This document shows, one piece after another, positions 1 to 9,628 of a DNA stretch of 32,000 nt. The DNA is from Candidatus Electronema halotolerans. GTDB lineage: Bacteria > Desulfobacterota > Desulfobulbia > Desulfobulbales > Desulfobulbaceae. The notes under the pieces are model-generated. The model worked only from the letters and a program-made list of their open reading frames with translations. It was not told the DNA's origin and ran no database searches. The stretch spans positions 2,760,001 through 2,792,000 of the forward strand of contig OW818675.1 in NCBI GenBank assembly GCA_942493095.1, read 5' to 3'. Numbering within the stretch: the first letter of the stretch is position 1; each line of letters begins with the position of its first letter. Position numbers and translations under genes: made by a program.

Positions 1-1883
1 ATGGGCTGTAGCTCCTGCTGCTCGCTCTTGCGGCTGAAGGCAAGTATCTGCTTGACCAACTCCTTGGCCCGCGTTCCGGCCCGCCGCACCTCCTGCATCC
101 AGTCGGCAATGGTGCTGTTTTTAGGCAGGGCTTCGATGGCCATGTCTGTGTAGCCGATGATCGGGCCAAGAATGTTGTTGAAGTCGTGAGCGATGCCGTT
201 GGCCAAGGTGCCGATGGCTTTTATTTTTTCCATCTGGAGCAGCTGGGCCTCCAGCTTCTTCTTTTCCAGCTCCGCCTTTTTCCGTTCTGTGATGTTGCGC
301 ATGATGGTCCTGACAGACACCACCTCGCCCTGTTCAAGCAGCGGCACAGCACTGACCTCGACATCAATCCGCAGGCCGGTCTTGGAGATCAGGGCGGTTT
401 CGTAGCTGCGCAGACAGCTACCCGCAGCGAAAATTTGTTCGAGAGCGCGGGCGGTCCGGGCCTTGCAATCAGGATGAATGATGTCCAGCAGGGGCGCGCC
501 GACCACTTCCTCCCTGCCGCAGCCCAAGGTCAGCAGCTCAACCGGATTGACATCAACAATCTTGCGTTCCTTGTTGACAATATGAATCATGTCCGGCGCA
601 TCATTGAACAGGCTCCAGTACTTGCTTTCGCTGCGGCGCAGGGATTCCTCCATCTGCTGCCGCTGCACGGCCAAGGCGAAGACTGCGGCCAGCCGCTCCA
701 CGGCTTCCCGGTCATGGGCCTGAAAGCCTTCCGGCTTGCCGGTCAGCACGATCCGGCCTGCCATGCGGCTGTCAAGGCGGGCCGGAACATGGAGGGCATC
801 CGGGCTGAACTGCCGTCCAGCCGCCCGGCCTTCGAGCACGGTTTCGGCTGACTCGCAGCCGGTCAGCTCCTGCGCCGCCCTAGCGATCAGCTCGCCGGTC
901 TCGTCGATGGAAAACGAGCGCGAGAGCAGGGCATCGGAAACTTCAGCAAGTATCCGGTTCACCGCTAATTCCCAGAGCAGCTCCTCCTCGGCCTTGCGCC
1001 GTTCCGCCACCTCAGCCTCCAGACTGTCCGTGTTTTTCTGGAGGGCTGCCGTGCGTTCCCGCACTTTGCCTTCCAGCTCCTCCCGGTGCGCGTGCAGCTC
1101 CCGGAAGAGCATGTTGTAGGGCTGGGTCAGGCCAGTTTCGATCACAGCCCGGTAAATGGCATAAAAGGAAAAGATGCGGAAAAAATGGCCCAGAAAGTTG
1201 GCAAGGTCAGAAGTCGTGACATAGCGGGTGAAACACAGCTCTGCGGCAATGGTGAGCAGAATTGCTGTCTGCATGAGCCGGAGGACATGCGGATCAAAAC
1301 AGGCACTGTTTTTCCGCAGCAGCAGGAGAGAGCCGACTAAGAGGAGAATGACAAGATACTCGCTGTTTTTCTTGAAGGCAGTCAGCCCGCTGCCTTCAGC
1401 ATAGCATTCCGGGAAAACAGGACAGGCGAAAATGATCAGCAGCACTATGGCGGTGACTGACAGATAGCCAGACAGAGCCAGACAGGTGTTCACTCTTCTC
1501 CGCAGAAAAAAAAAGGCCAGCAGCAGCGAGAAGCCTTCCATGCAGCGGGCCGCGATCCAGAGCTGACTGGAAGTATCCTGACTGTCAATCCACGGAAAAA
1601 TGGCCATGTCCTTGTAGGACAGGCAGTGGGCCAGATCGAGCATGCCGATGAAGAGATAGGCAATGCCGATGAGGAGAAAAAAGTGATTTTCTTGAATCTG
1701 GCGGGTGTTCCACGCGAAAATAAAAATTGCGCAGGCAACCGTGACGCTGAAGAATTCCGCCAAGGTATGGAAGAGCAGATTGTTGCACAGGCTGATCAGG
1801 TGCAGGCCCAGCCCGATGGCAAGCAAGGCGAGGAAAGGAAGAAAAAAACGGGGTCTGGCGATTTTTTTGGCTCTGGCTTCCAT
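1..1883 (-). CDS. Sensor histidine kinase with N-terminal MASE3-like membrane domain, PAS-like region and start of HisKA (partial, runs off the left edge)
   Basis: The third minus frame is open from ATG at 1883 to position 1 and is absent from the ORF track because it has no stop in the window. It reads MEARAKKIARPRFFLPFLALLAIGLGLHLISLCNNLLFHTLAEFFSVTVACAIFIFAWNTRQIQENHFFLLIGIAYLFIGMLDLAHCLSYKDM..., which is MASE3-like. Later it reads ...ERKKAELEKKKLEAQLLQMEKIKAIGTLANGIAHDFNNILGPIIGYTDMA, an H-box. Confidence 0.85.
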   Translation of the reverse strand, partial: MEARAKKIARPRFFLPFLALLAIGLGLHLISLCNNLLFHTLAEFFSVTVACAIFIFAWNTRQIQENHFFLLIGIAYLFIGMLDLAHCLSYKDMAIFPWIDSQDTSSQLWIAARCMEGFSLLLAFFFLRRRVNTCLALSGYLSVTAIVLLIIFACPVFPECYAEGSGLTAFKKNSEYLVILLLVGSLLLLRKNSACFDPHVLRLMQTAILLTIAAELCFTRYVTTSDLANFLGHFFRIFSFYAIYRAVIETGLTQPYNMLFRELHAHREELEGKVRERTAALQKNTDSLEAEVAERRKAEEELLWELAVNRILAEVSDALLSRSFSIDETGELIARAAQELTGCESAETVLEGRAAGRQFSPDALHVPARLDSRMAGRIVLTGKPEGFQAHDREAVERLAAVFALAVQRQQMEESLRRSESKYWSLFNDAPDMIHIVNKERKIVDVNPVELLTLGCGREEVVGAPLLDIIHPDCKARTARALEQIFAAGSCLRSYETALISKTGLRIDVEVSAVPLLEQGEVVSVRTIMRNITERKKAELEKKKLEAQLLQMEKIKAIGTLANGIAHDFNNILGPIIGYTDMAIEALPKNSTIADWMQEVRRAGTRAKELVKQILAFSRKSEQQELQP

Positions 1884-2009
1884 ATTCTTGGACAGAAATG
1901 GCTCCCAAAAGGGATGTTCTCCCTGCGTTGCCGCAGGGACTGCCATAGATACCACAATTCCGCAGGCGGCTGCAACCTTTCTGGCCGCAGAAAAACAGTC
2001 CGTCTGCAT

Positions 2010-4274
2010 TCACCACACAGCCCGCAGTCCTTTTTCCTTGCGGAACTGATCGATCTTCCGTTCCAGATCAACCCGCCAGACCGCGTGAATGCGGGCGGCG
2101 GCTGGCGCGATCAGCTCAGGCAGGCCATAGACCAAGCGGTCCGAGGCCCGGCTGGCCTCGATCACCGCCTCAATCGAACGGGCGCCGAACTTGTAATCCG
2201 CCAAGAGCAGGCGGAGCAGGAGACCGGAGGTCTTGCGGGCCGCGCTCTTCCAATGGGTCTGCATCTGGTGGGCAATGATGAAGGCCCGCTTGAGCAGGAC
2301 CCGGCGCAGCTCCTCCAGCTCCTCCTCGGAAGCGGTTTCCTTGAGCAGATAGTCAGGCACCTCAATGCCGTCAATGTCAAGCACCACCCGCAGGCGGCTC
2401 ATGAAATCTGGAATTTTCAGGGTTTTAGCCCGTTGCAGGTCCTTCTGCTTTTTCGGCGCAAGCAATTTCTCCATGTCCTCCCAGCTCGCCTTGACCCCGC
2501 CGGCAAAGGCAAAGATCGCCCGGCCTATATGATAGGGAATGCCCTGCACGTAAGTGACTCCGTCCTGCATGGCGGGCAGGAAGTAGCGGAGATATCCGAA
2601 TTCATTGCCATTGTAACGGCAGTCAAATTCGTCCCAAAAGGCAATGGGCACCTTGCCTTGAGCCACTGCGGCCCGGATCGGGTCAATGGCGGCGTTGATT
2701 TCGTCCGGGCTGGCAAACTGGGTCAGATTGAACTCAAAAAAGACAAAGGGGCTGCTGCTGTAGCCTTTGGCAATCACATCCGCCACCTGCCGGACAGCAA
2801 AGGACTTGCCGGATCCAGGCGGCCCGAACACGCCGATGCAGAGAGGCCGCAGGACCGACTCCTTGGAGACGTAAGAATCCATGACCTGCTGCAGGGTGAT
2901 CACCGGATCAATCTCAGCCGGATCCGTGGTGCGCAGATGCCCGATCTGAAAAATGGGCAGCGTGTCAAAGCCAGCACCCCGGTTCACCTCTTCTTTCAGA
3001 CAGTGGAGCACGAACATGATCACATCAATATAGCCAACATGCGTGCCGCCTTCCTCCTTATGCTCTTTTGGATAGGAGTAACTGTGCCGGAAAAAGGAGC
3101 GCAGGGCGGCCTTCTTCTTCTCGCCCCAGGCCTGGGCAGCGGCCAGCTCCAGAGATTGATCAAATTCTGGAGTGAAATAAGGCAGCTGGATAAAAGTCGG
3201 ATCAGCGGCAATGCTGTCGTCCGCGCAGCTACAGGACAGATCGCCCGGACAGGCCAAGTGACAGTCCAAAGGCGGCAGCTGTAGGCCGTTGTCAAAATGA
3301 TAGCCATGATCGTCCAGCTGCTTCCAGTTATGCAGAATCTGACTGGAAAAGTCGAAAAAGGACTGGCGGCAGAAATCCACGCCGTGGTTGCGCAGGGCGC
3401 GCATGGTCAGCATGGCCGTGACCATGGAGTCATAGCAGGGCACGGAGCCGCGCTTGCGGGATGAACTTTTCTCCGGCAGGCTGCCTTTGCGGTAGCGGAA
3501 AAAAACCGCCTCCGGCCCGACATAAAGAATGGCATGAGGAAACATCTCAATGACAATGTGACAGAGAAAGCTGCCGCAGCGGCTGTCCCACAGCCCCACT
3601 TCCGGGGTGCGCAAGGCGCGCAGGCACATGGCGACAATGGTTTCCCAGTTGACCGAGGCATCCATCTCCATCCGGGTGGTCTCCAGATCAGAGAGGCGGC
3701 AGAAGAGGGTGAAGCGCTCGCCGAGCAGATTGGCCCACTGCTGCCAATGGGCCACGGAAATGCCCAAGGCGATGCACCACATGTCCGGGTTCAGCTCGCG
3801 CATCTCGTCGCAAATCTGCGGCGGCATCCCGGAGTCATCGATCAGCACCATGCCGTTGTTGCCGCCGACCACAGCATATTCATACTTGCTGAAGGAAAAA
3901 GACGGCGAGATCGCCTCGCGCTCCTCGGCAGGCAGAATCTGCTTGACCATGAACCAGCCGTCCTTGCCGCCCTCCTGCCGACTCCGCCGTTGACGGAAGA
4001 GCTGATAGACCTGCCGCTCCGCGCCGTAGGACAGGGAGCTGACTTGGGGGGACAGGTCGGTTCCGGTCAGATAGGAATGCAGCCAGGTCAGACACTGCTC
4101 CAGCCTGCCTTTCTCCACTGTCACCGGCCCGGCCAGCAGGACAATGTTGTCACCCGGATTGTAGCCGTAGGCGGGCAGGCTGCCCTCCTCCAGCAGGCTG
4201 ACCTCTTTGACAGGCAGATTGCTGATGCGGACATTCGAGCCAAGAAAAAGAATTTTGGACTGGTCGGCTGACAT
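2010..4274 (-). CDS. AAA+ family ATPase with uncharacterised N-terminal region (ORF open to 4421; ATG at 4274 is a plausible start)
   Basis: Walker A GVFGPPGSGKS and Walker B VPIAFWDEFD. C-terminal part reads SRLRVVLDIDGIEVPDYLL...KFGARSIEAVIEASR. The first ~48 residues of the longer ORF look non-coding, and MSADQSKILFLGSNVRISNLP follows. Confidence 0.75.
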   Translation of the reverse strand: MSADQSKILFLGSNVRISNLPVKEVSLLEEGSLPAYGYNPGDNIVLLAGPVTVEKGRLEQCLTWLHSYLTGTDLSPQVSSLSYGAERQVYQLFRQRRSRQEGGKDGWFMVKQILPAEEREAISPSFSFSKYEYAVVGGNNGMVLIDDSGMPPQICDEMRELNPDMWCIALGISVAHWQQWANLLGERFTLFCRLSDLETTRMEMDASVNWETIVAMCLRALRTPEVGLWDSRCGSFLCHIVIEMFPHAILYVGPEAVFFRYRKGSLPEKSSSRKRGSVPCYDSMVTAMLTMRALRNHGVDFCRQSFFDFSSQILHNWKQLDDHGYHFDNGLQLPPLDCHLACPGDLSCSCADDSIAADPTFIQLPYFTPEFDQSLELAAAQAWGEKKKAALRSFFRHSYSYPKEHKEEGGTHVGYIDVIMFVLHCLKEEVNRGAGFDTLPIFQIGHLRTTDPAEIDPVITLQQVMDSYVSKESVLRPLCIGVFGPPGSGKSFAVRQVADVIAKGYSSSPFVFFEFNLTQFASPDEINAAIDPIRAAVAQGKVPIAFWDEFDCRYNGNEFGYLRYFLPAMQDGVTYVQGIPYHIGRAIFAFAGGVKASWEDMEKLLAPKKQKDLQRAKTLKIPDFMSRLRVVLDIDGIEVPDYLLKETASEEELEELRRVLLKRAFIIAHQMQTHWKSAARKTSGLLLRLLLADYKFGARSIEAVIEASRASDRLVYGLPELIAPAAARIHAVWRVDLERKIDQFRKEKGLRAVW

Positions 4275-4465
4275 GGCTGAAACAAGTTCTGGTGGCGGAT
4301 AATCTGTCTGCGAGGCGGCGCGGCCTTGCAGACAGGCTCTGTCAGCTTGATGATTACAGCCTGCGCCGCGCTTCGTCAACAGCTTAATCTCCTCCGCCCC
4401 GGAAAAATGGGTCTTCCGCATTGCTTTTCCGCCTCATGACCATGCAGGCGGAATCAGGTTTTTCC

Positions 4466-4495
4466 TTGACGCTGGCGGCTGGAAAAAGGTATTTT
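4466..4495 (+). promoter_or_regulatory. Possible sigma-70-type promoter for pal
   Basis: TTGACG, an 18-nt spacer, then TATTTT, upstream of the 4554 ATG. Motif reading only. Confidence 0.3.
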
Positions 4496-4553
4496 AGACA
4501 AGGCTGTTATTCTTTCCTTCTTTCACGCGCAACCCCATTTCAAAGGACTTTCC

Positions 4554-5342
4554 ATGAACACCTGCATGACCCGCCTGCTGCTCTGCGCCTGCATGGCTCT
4601 TCCACTTGCTCTGTTCACAGGGTGCGGCCCCAAGCCAGTGGAGCCGTATCAGCAAAAAACAGGAGCAGCCAAACCCGACGGTGCTGATGGCGCAAGCACG
4701 TATTACGATTATGCCTCTTCCGACTATGGCGCAACAGATGGCCAAGCTGACCAAGCTGCTGCCGGCATTGGCACGGACGGTACGGACATGAACACTGGCA
4801 GCAGCGATTATTCAGTGTTTGACAGCCTTCCTGCCGCGCCAGGGGCAGGCACGGATGCCGGTTTCATTGGTGCTGACGACCCGCAGCAGGCCGGACCAGC
4901 AGTGGAACCGCTCGATGCAGGCAGCGCGCCAACAGAGAAGTCCGCTATTTTTGCCAATGAGGACAAACCTGTTGCCTACAAAAAGAAAAATGGCCGCTCT
5001 TCATCGCAGATGCGCTCCATTTACTATGATTTTGATCAGTCAACCGTGCGCAATGATCAGATTGCCAAGATGGAAGGCAATGCCCAGTACATGAAGAAGA
5101 ATGCGAAGGCCAAGGTCATTGTCGAAGGCAACTGCGATGAGCGCGGCACCAACGAGTACAACTTGGCCTTGGGGCAGCGACGGGCCATGAACGCAAAAAT
5201 ATATTTGGTCAATCTGGGAATCAAGCCCTCCCGGATCAAAACCGTTTCCTTTGGCGAGGAGCGGCCGCTTTTCCTTGGTTCAGAAGAGTCAGACTACGCC
5301 CTGAACCGCCGCACCGATTTTGTTCTTGACCGGCAGCGCTGA
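4554..5342 (+). CDS. pal: Peptidoglycan-associated lipoprotein, OmpA-like C-terminal domain
   Basis: Lipobox LALFTGC. C-terminal YYDFDQSTVRNDQ...VIVEGNCDERGTNEYNLALGQRRAMNAKIYLVNLGI...TVSFGEERP is a classic Pal motif. Confidence 0.93.
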   Translation: MNTCMTRLLLCACMALPLALFTGCGPKPVEPYQQKTGAAKPDGADGASTYYDYASSDYGATDGQADQAAAGIGTDGTDMNTGSSDYSVFDSLPAAPGAGTDAGFIGADDPQQAGPAVEPLDAGSAPTEKSAIFANEDKPVAYKKKNGRSSSQMRSIYYDFDQSTVRNDQIAKMEGNAQYMKKNAKAKVIVEGNCDERGTNEYNLALGQRRAMNAKIYLVNLGIKPSRIKTVSFGEERPLFLGSEESDYALNRRTDFVLDRQR

Positions 5343-5416
5343 CCAATTTTTGGTTTGGCCTTGGACATTGTTTTGCTGCATGATCTGAGAGGCTGCCCCC
5401 TGATGTGATGAACTAA

Positions 5417-5444
5417 CCCCGCCTGTTTCGCTGTTGGGGCGGGG
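5417..5444. repeat. Short inverted repeat CCCCGCC-N14-GGCGGGG (weak hairpin) between pal and the next CDS
   Basis: 7-bp perfect GC-only stem at 5417-5423 / 5438-5444. No T-tract follows. Confidence 0.4.
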
Positions 5445-5516
5445 TATGTCAAGATTGCACTCTGATTTTTGAAAAATATTGGAATCACAGAGACGAAGAT
5501 GCTTGCAGGGAACGTA

Positions 5517-6053
5517 ATGGAAAAATTCACCATAACACAGCTCAAAAAGCAATTGGCTCAAAAGACGAAAGCCGAGCTTATTCAAGAGATTTCCACATTA
5601 TGCCAGAAAATTCTTCAAGTCAAAGAATACTACAGCATTCAGAACAACGATGCTCAGGATGTGGTCAAGAAATATCAGGAAATTATCGAAAAGGAATTTA
5701 TTGATGGCAAGACCCGTGGCTTCTTTCCAAAGGCAAGGTTTTCTGTCGCACGAAAAGCAGTCACAGATTTCAAGAAGCTCGCAGACGATCCTGCGCTGAT
5801 TGTTCAAGTGATGTTGACCTATGTTGAGAGCATCTCGCGGTTCAATTCACGATATGCCCCAGATACTGAAGAGTTCTATACAAGGCCGGAAGACATGTTT
5901 GAAAATGCATTAGCGTTGATTGTCAAGCATCATTTGAAAGAAGTCTTTTACGAGCGGGCCTACGCAATTGTTGAACATGCTTGCGAAGGATTTGGTCATC
6001 GAGATTGCCTTCAGGAACGCTACGAGGAAGTCTATGGGGAGTTTGTTGAATAG
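5517..6053 (+). CDS. DUF6155-like family protein (ORF open from a TTG at 5469; ATG at 5517 is more plausible)
   Basis: MEKFTITQLKKQLAQKTKAELIQEISTLCQKILQVKEYYSIQ...ARFSVARKAVTDFKKLADDPALIVQVMLTYVE matches the remembered pattern of this family. Confidence 0.7.
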   Translation: MEKFTITQLKKQLAQKTKAELIQEISTLCQKILQVKEYYSIQNNDAQDVVKKYQEIIEKEFIDGKTRGFFPKARFSVARKAVTDFKKLADDPALIVQVMLTYVESISRFNSRYAPDTEEFYTRPEDMFENALALIVKHHLKEVFYERAYAIVEHACEGFGHRDCLQERYEEVYGEFVE

Positions 6054-6081
6054 GAATGACAAACTTGCAGTGAAAGAATGG

Positions 6082-6110
6082 TGCGGATCAGGTTTGATCC
6101 GCATTTTTTT
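6082..6110 (+). terminator. Intrinsic terminator after the DUF6155-like CDS
   Basis: TGCGGATCA-GGTT-TGATCCGCA followed by TTTTTTT: 9-bp perfect stem, 4-nt loop, T7. Confidence 0.9.
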
Positions 6111-6138
6111 GTGCTAAACTCGATAGCAAGCAGAAACT

Positions 6139-7524
6139 TTAGCTGGTCTTCATCAAGAACAGAGCTGGAATCGTCCGCAAGAGAATCAGAACATCCAAGA
6201 GTAGGGAGCGGTTGGCCACGTAAAAGAGGTCGTAGGAAATATCCTCGTGGATTTCCCGCGTCCTGTCCGTGCTGATCTGCCAGATGCCGGTGATGCCCGG
6301 CTTGACCCGCAGCCGCTGACGGCACAGCTCGTTGTAGCCGTTGACAATGAAGCCCATCTCCGGGCGCGGGCCAACCAAGCTCATGCTGCCTTCAAGGACA
6401 TTGAGCAGCTGCGGCAGCTCATCCAGACTGGTCTTGCGCAGCCAGCGGCCCGCTTTGGTGATTCGGACATCGCTGCCTGTGCCCGGCGAGTGATGAAAGG
6501 CCGGGGCATGAGTGAACATGGTGCGGAATTTATACATGGTGAACGGCACACCGTCCTTGCCAATCCGCTCCTGCCGGAACAGCACCGGCCCTTTGGAATC
6601 CAGCTTGATGAGCATGGCAATGACCAGCCAGAGCGGGGCAGTGAGCAGCAGGAGCTGGCTGGCGATTGCCAGATCAAAGCAGCGTTTCAGGCTGTCACGG
6701 ATGAACTGCGCTGGAAATTCCCGGAAGGAGAGCAGGGGAATGCCGTTGATGACATTCAGTTCCACCTGCTTGCTGAAGAGCGGCTGGAGACGAGGCATGA
6801 CATGAAAATCCACTTGACAGCACCGGAAGATGTCCAGCCAGTCGTCGTGCTGTTTTTCATGCAGATGCTGACTGAGAAAAATATCCCGCACCTGCTGCTC
6901 GTTGATAACTCGCAAACACTCTTCCGTGTCGCGGATCAGGAGGAGCTTGTCCGCCGGGCCAAGATCGCGGAGCTGGCTCCAGTCCGCCGCAGGATCAAAA
7001 AAGCCGATTGGCGCATAACCTAATTTCGGCGTGTGCAGGATGGACTGAAAGAGCAGGCGGCCTGCTTCACTGGTGCCAAAAATCAGAGCGCGGCGGACAT
7101 GAATGCCGCGCAGGTAAAGATGCTGATTGAGTTTGAAAAAAAAGAAGCGGTCGAGCAGAAGCAGGAATAATCCCAGAACAAGACTAAAAAAGAGGACAAA
7201 GCGGGAATAGGCGGCGCGGGCAAAAAAGGAATATAAGACTAAGAACAGGAAGAGCAGCAAGGTGGTCTTGATGATATTGCGGGTTTCGAGCAAATTCATC
7301 ATACTGGCCTGGTGCCGATAGAGGCCGGTGAACTGAAAGGTCAGGGTGCCGAGCAAGCCTGCGGCCAGACCAAGGCGGCAATAATAGTCCATCCCTTCCG
7401 GCAGCGTGTAACCAGCAAAAACAGGATGCAGCCAGTAGGAAATAATGATGGCGGCAAAAAAAGCGGCAAAATCAGCCAGCACCTCTGCCCAGCGGATGGC
7501 CCGTTTGGAAAGCCGCTCAATCAT
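6139..7524 (-). CDS. Exopolysaccharide biosynthesis polyprenyl glycosylphosphotransferase (bacterial sugar transferase)
   Basis: [23 protein letters not shown]... with multiple TM segments, then [57 protein letters not shown]...[24 protein letters not shown]...[14 protein letters not shown]. The 518-aa track ORF extends into the upstream gene; the ATG at 7524 is the natural start. Confidence 0.92.
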   Translation of the reverse strand: MIERLSKRAIRWAEVLADFAAFFAAIIISYWLHPVFAGYTLPEGMDYYCRLGLAAGLLGTLTFQFTGLYRHQASMMNLLETRNIIKTTLLLFLFLVLYSFFARAAYSRFVLFFSLVLGLFLLLLDRFFFFKLNQHLYLRGIHVRRALIFGTSEAGRLLFQSILHTPKLGYAPIGFFDPAADWSQLRDLGPADKLLLIRDTEECLRVINEQQVRDIFLSQHLHEKQHDDWLDIFRCCQVDFHVMPRLQPLFSKQVELNVINGIPLLSFREFPAQFIRDSLKRCFDLAIASQLLLLTAPLWLVIAMLIKLDSKGPVLFRQERIGKDGVPFTMYKFRTMFTHAPAFHHSPGTGSDVRITKAGRWLRKTSLDELPQLLNVLEGSMSLVGPRPEMGFIVNGYNELCRQRLRVKPGITGIWQISTDRTREIHEDISYDLFYVANRSLLLDVLILLRTIPALFLMKTS

Positions 7525-9628
7525 GGTCTGTTTCCTTATCCACCCGGCAGAGCAGGCCGCGCAGTTGATAGGTGCCAAAGGCAGGGTCGTAGGGCGGGCC
7601 GCTGTTGGTGAGCAGATTGGCGTTCGATTCCCAGATGCCAAAGTCCGGTCCCTCCTGCTCCGGGAACCACCAGCCGTGCTCGATGCTGACCACACCAGGT
7701 CGGATATTTTCTGTCACCAAGGCTTTCATCCGAATGCTGCCGCGTGGTGAGCTGATGCGGATACAATCGCCAGTGGCAATGCCGTGCTGACGGGCTTGTT
7801 CCGGGTGCAGCTCGGCTTGCGGATGAGGCCGCAGTTTGCGCAGCGACTTAATCTGCCGCTGCTCGCTGTGAAAAAATTCCCGCCGCCGTGCCCCGGTGAT
7901 CAAAATACAGGGAAATGATTGCGCCAGATCAGGGCGGCTGACCGGACTTTCCGGCGGCTCTTGACAGGACGGCAGGGGATCATAGCCAAGCCGCTCCAAG
8001 GCCAAACTGTACAGCTCGACTTTTTTCGAGCGGGTGCGGAAGCCCTTGTCACGATATTTATAATAAACGTGCGGCGGATAAAGCCAGCCCTGCTCCTTGA
8101 GCTGCTGATGCGTGATGCCCGCAGGCTCCAGCCGCTGCTGGATGACATCTTCCAAATTTTCCTCTGCACCGGGCAGACCCAGCCGCTTGGCCAGCTCATC
8201 CATGATCCATTCATCCTGACGGCATTCGCCCCGCTGCACTGCCTTTTGCTGGGCAAAGACCATATTTTCCGCCACAAGCGGATAGCCGATCACCTGTTCC
8301 ACCTCCGGCCAGAACGCGGCAGGCAGGACATAATCCGCCATTGCCGCAGTCGGGGTCATAAATAAATCAGTGACCACGAGCAAATCCAATTTCTGCAAGG
8401 CCGCATGAACCTTGCGGCTTTCGGCAACCGTGGTCAGCGGATTGCCGCCAAAGACTAATAATGCCCGGACCGGATACGGCTCATGCTTTTCTATAGCATG
8501 AAACAGGGCAGGAATATGGGCTGAGGGCATGAAGGCCCGCCAGCCGCCGAGCAGCTTGTAGGTGTCTGCGCCGAGACGCTTTTTCCGAGCATCTTCGGGC
8601 AGACTCTGAGCAAGCACCGGATAAGCCCGAAGAATATTCATGCCCAAGATGTCGCCGCCCGGCACGTCAATATTGCCGCTCAAAGCGCGCAGGCAGGCAA
8701 TTGCCCGCACTGTTTGCAGGCAGTTCGTATTTTGCTCAATGCCAAGGCCCCAGTCAAGAATGGCAGGTTTGCTGCTGGCGTAGAGCCGGGCTGCCTCAGT
8801 GATCTGCGCTGCTGGCACGCCAGTGATCTGCTCGCCCCATTCCGGTCTGCACTGCTGCACCGACTCGGCAAGCTGGGCAAAGCCGCTGGTCCATTGTTCA
8901 ACAAAGTCTTGGTCGTAGATTCTTTCGCGGATGATGACATGAATCATGCTCAGAGCCAAGGCCGCATCTGTGCCGGGCCGCAGGGGCAGCCAGAGCTGGC
9001 CGCGGCGGGCGGTTTCCGAGCGGCGCGGGTCAACGGCAATGCCGACAGTGCCCTGATCTAAACAGCGTTTGGCGGCAATGGCCAACTCGCCGTCCGCGCT
9101 GGAAACTAAGGGATTGTGGCCCCAGAAAAGAATGCACTTGGGCTTGACCGGGCCGTAATAGTCGCCGACCGTGAAGCCGCCATAGGTGAGATTGGCCACA
9201 GAAATCCGGGGAATGAAACACTGGGCCAAGCCCGGCTCGTACCAGTTGGGCGTGCCAAGGGCATTGGCAAAGCGGACCGTGTGCAGATAGTGGTGGCGGC
9301 CTGTGCCCTGGCCAAGGGCAATGGACTCCGGGCCGCTTTCCTCGCGGATGGCGGCAATCCGGCTGCTGATTTCGTCCAGCGCGTCGTCCCAAGAGAGCGG
9401 CTCCCAGCCTCCAGCCTTGCCTGCTTTGCGGCGCAGCGGGCGCGTCAGTCGGTCAGGATGATTGGCAATCTCCGGCGAGGACATGCCCTTGACGCACATC
9501 CAGCCTTTGCTCATCGGTGAATCCGGGTCGCCGGTCACTTTCACCAGCCTGCCGTTTTCCACGGTGAGCAGGGCACCGCAGCCGCCATGACATATCCGGC
9601 AGACGCTTTTGATGATTTGCCTGCTCAT
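7517..9628 (-). CDS. Molybdopterin-dependent oxidoreductase with [4Fe-4S] N-terminal domain
   Basis: CRICHGGCGALLTVENGRLVKVTGDPDSPMSKGWMCVKG (Cx2Cx3Cx27C) and DPRRSETARRGQLWLPLRPGTDAALALSMIHVI. C-terminal molybdopterin dinucleotide-binding-like region. Confidence 0.92.
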   Translation of the reverse strand: MSRQIIKSVCRICHGGCGALLTVENGRLVKVTGDPDSPMSKGWMCVKGMSSPEIANHPDRLTRPLRRKAGKAGGWEPLSWDDALDEISSRIAAIREESGPESIALGQGTGRHHYLHTVRFANALGTPNWYEPGLAQCFIPRISVANLTYGGFTVGDYYGPVKPKCILFWGHNPLVSSADGELAIAAKRCLDQGTVGIAVDPRRSETARRGQLWLPLRPGTDAALALSMIHVIIRERIYDQDFVEQWTSGFAQLAESVQQCRPEWGEQITGVPAAQITEAARLYASSKPAILDWGLGIEQNTNCLQTVRAIACLRALSGNIDVPGGDILGMNILRAYPVLAQSLPEDARKKRLGADTYKLLGGWRAFMPSAHIPALFHAIEKHEPYPVRALLVFGGNPLTTVAESRKVHAALQKLDLLVVTDLFMTPTAAMADYVLPAAFWPEVEQVIGYPLVAENMVFAQQKAVQRGECRQDEWIMDELAKRLGLPGAEENLEDVIQQRLEPAGITHQQLKEQGWLYPPHVYYKYRDKGFRTRSKKVELYSLALERLGYDPLPSCQEPPESPVSRPDLAQSFPCILITGARRREFFHSEQRQIKSLRKLRPHPQAELHPEQARQHGIATGDCIRISSPRGSIRMKALVTENIRPGVVSIEHGWWFPEQEGPDFGIWESNANLLTNSGPPYDPAFGTYQLRGLLCRVDKETDHD

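Noticed and set aside
1626-3284. 552-aa + strand ORF
   Set aside because: Antisense to the AAA+ ATPase and histidine kinase, which carry clear motifs. The translation has no recognisable domain, so it is a GC-rich shadow ORF.
3534-4271. 245-aa + strand ORF antisense to the AAA+ gene
   Set aside because: Shadow ORF; the composition mirrors the opposite strand and no motif was seen.
5417-5444. GC hairpin as a terminator for pal
   Set aside because: The stem is only 7 bp with a 14-nt loop and no T-tract, so it is listed as an inverted repeat rather than a terminator.
6247-7023. 258-aa + strand ORF
   Set aside because: Antisense to the well-supported sugar transferase.
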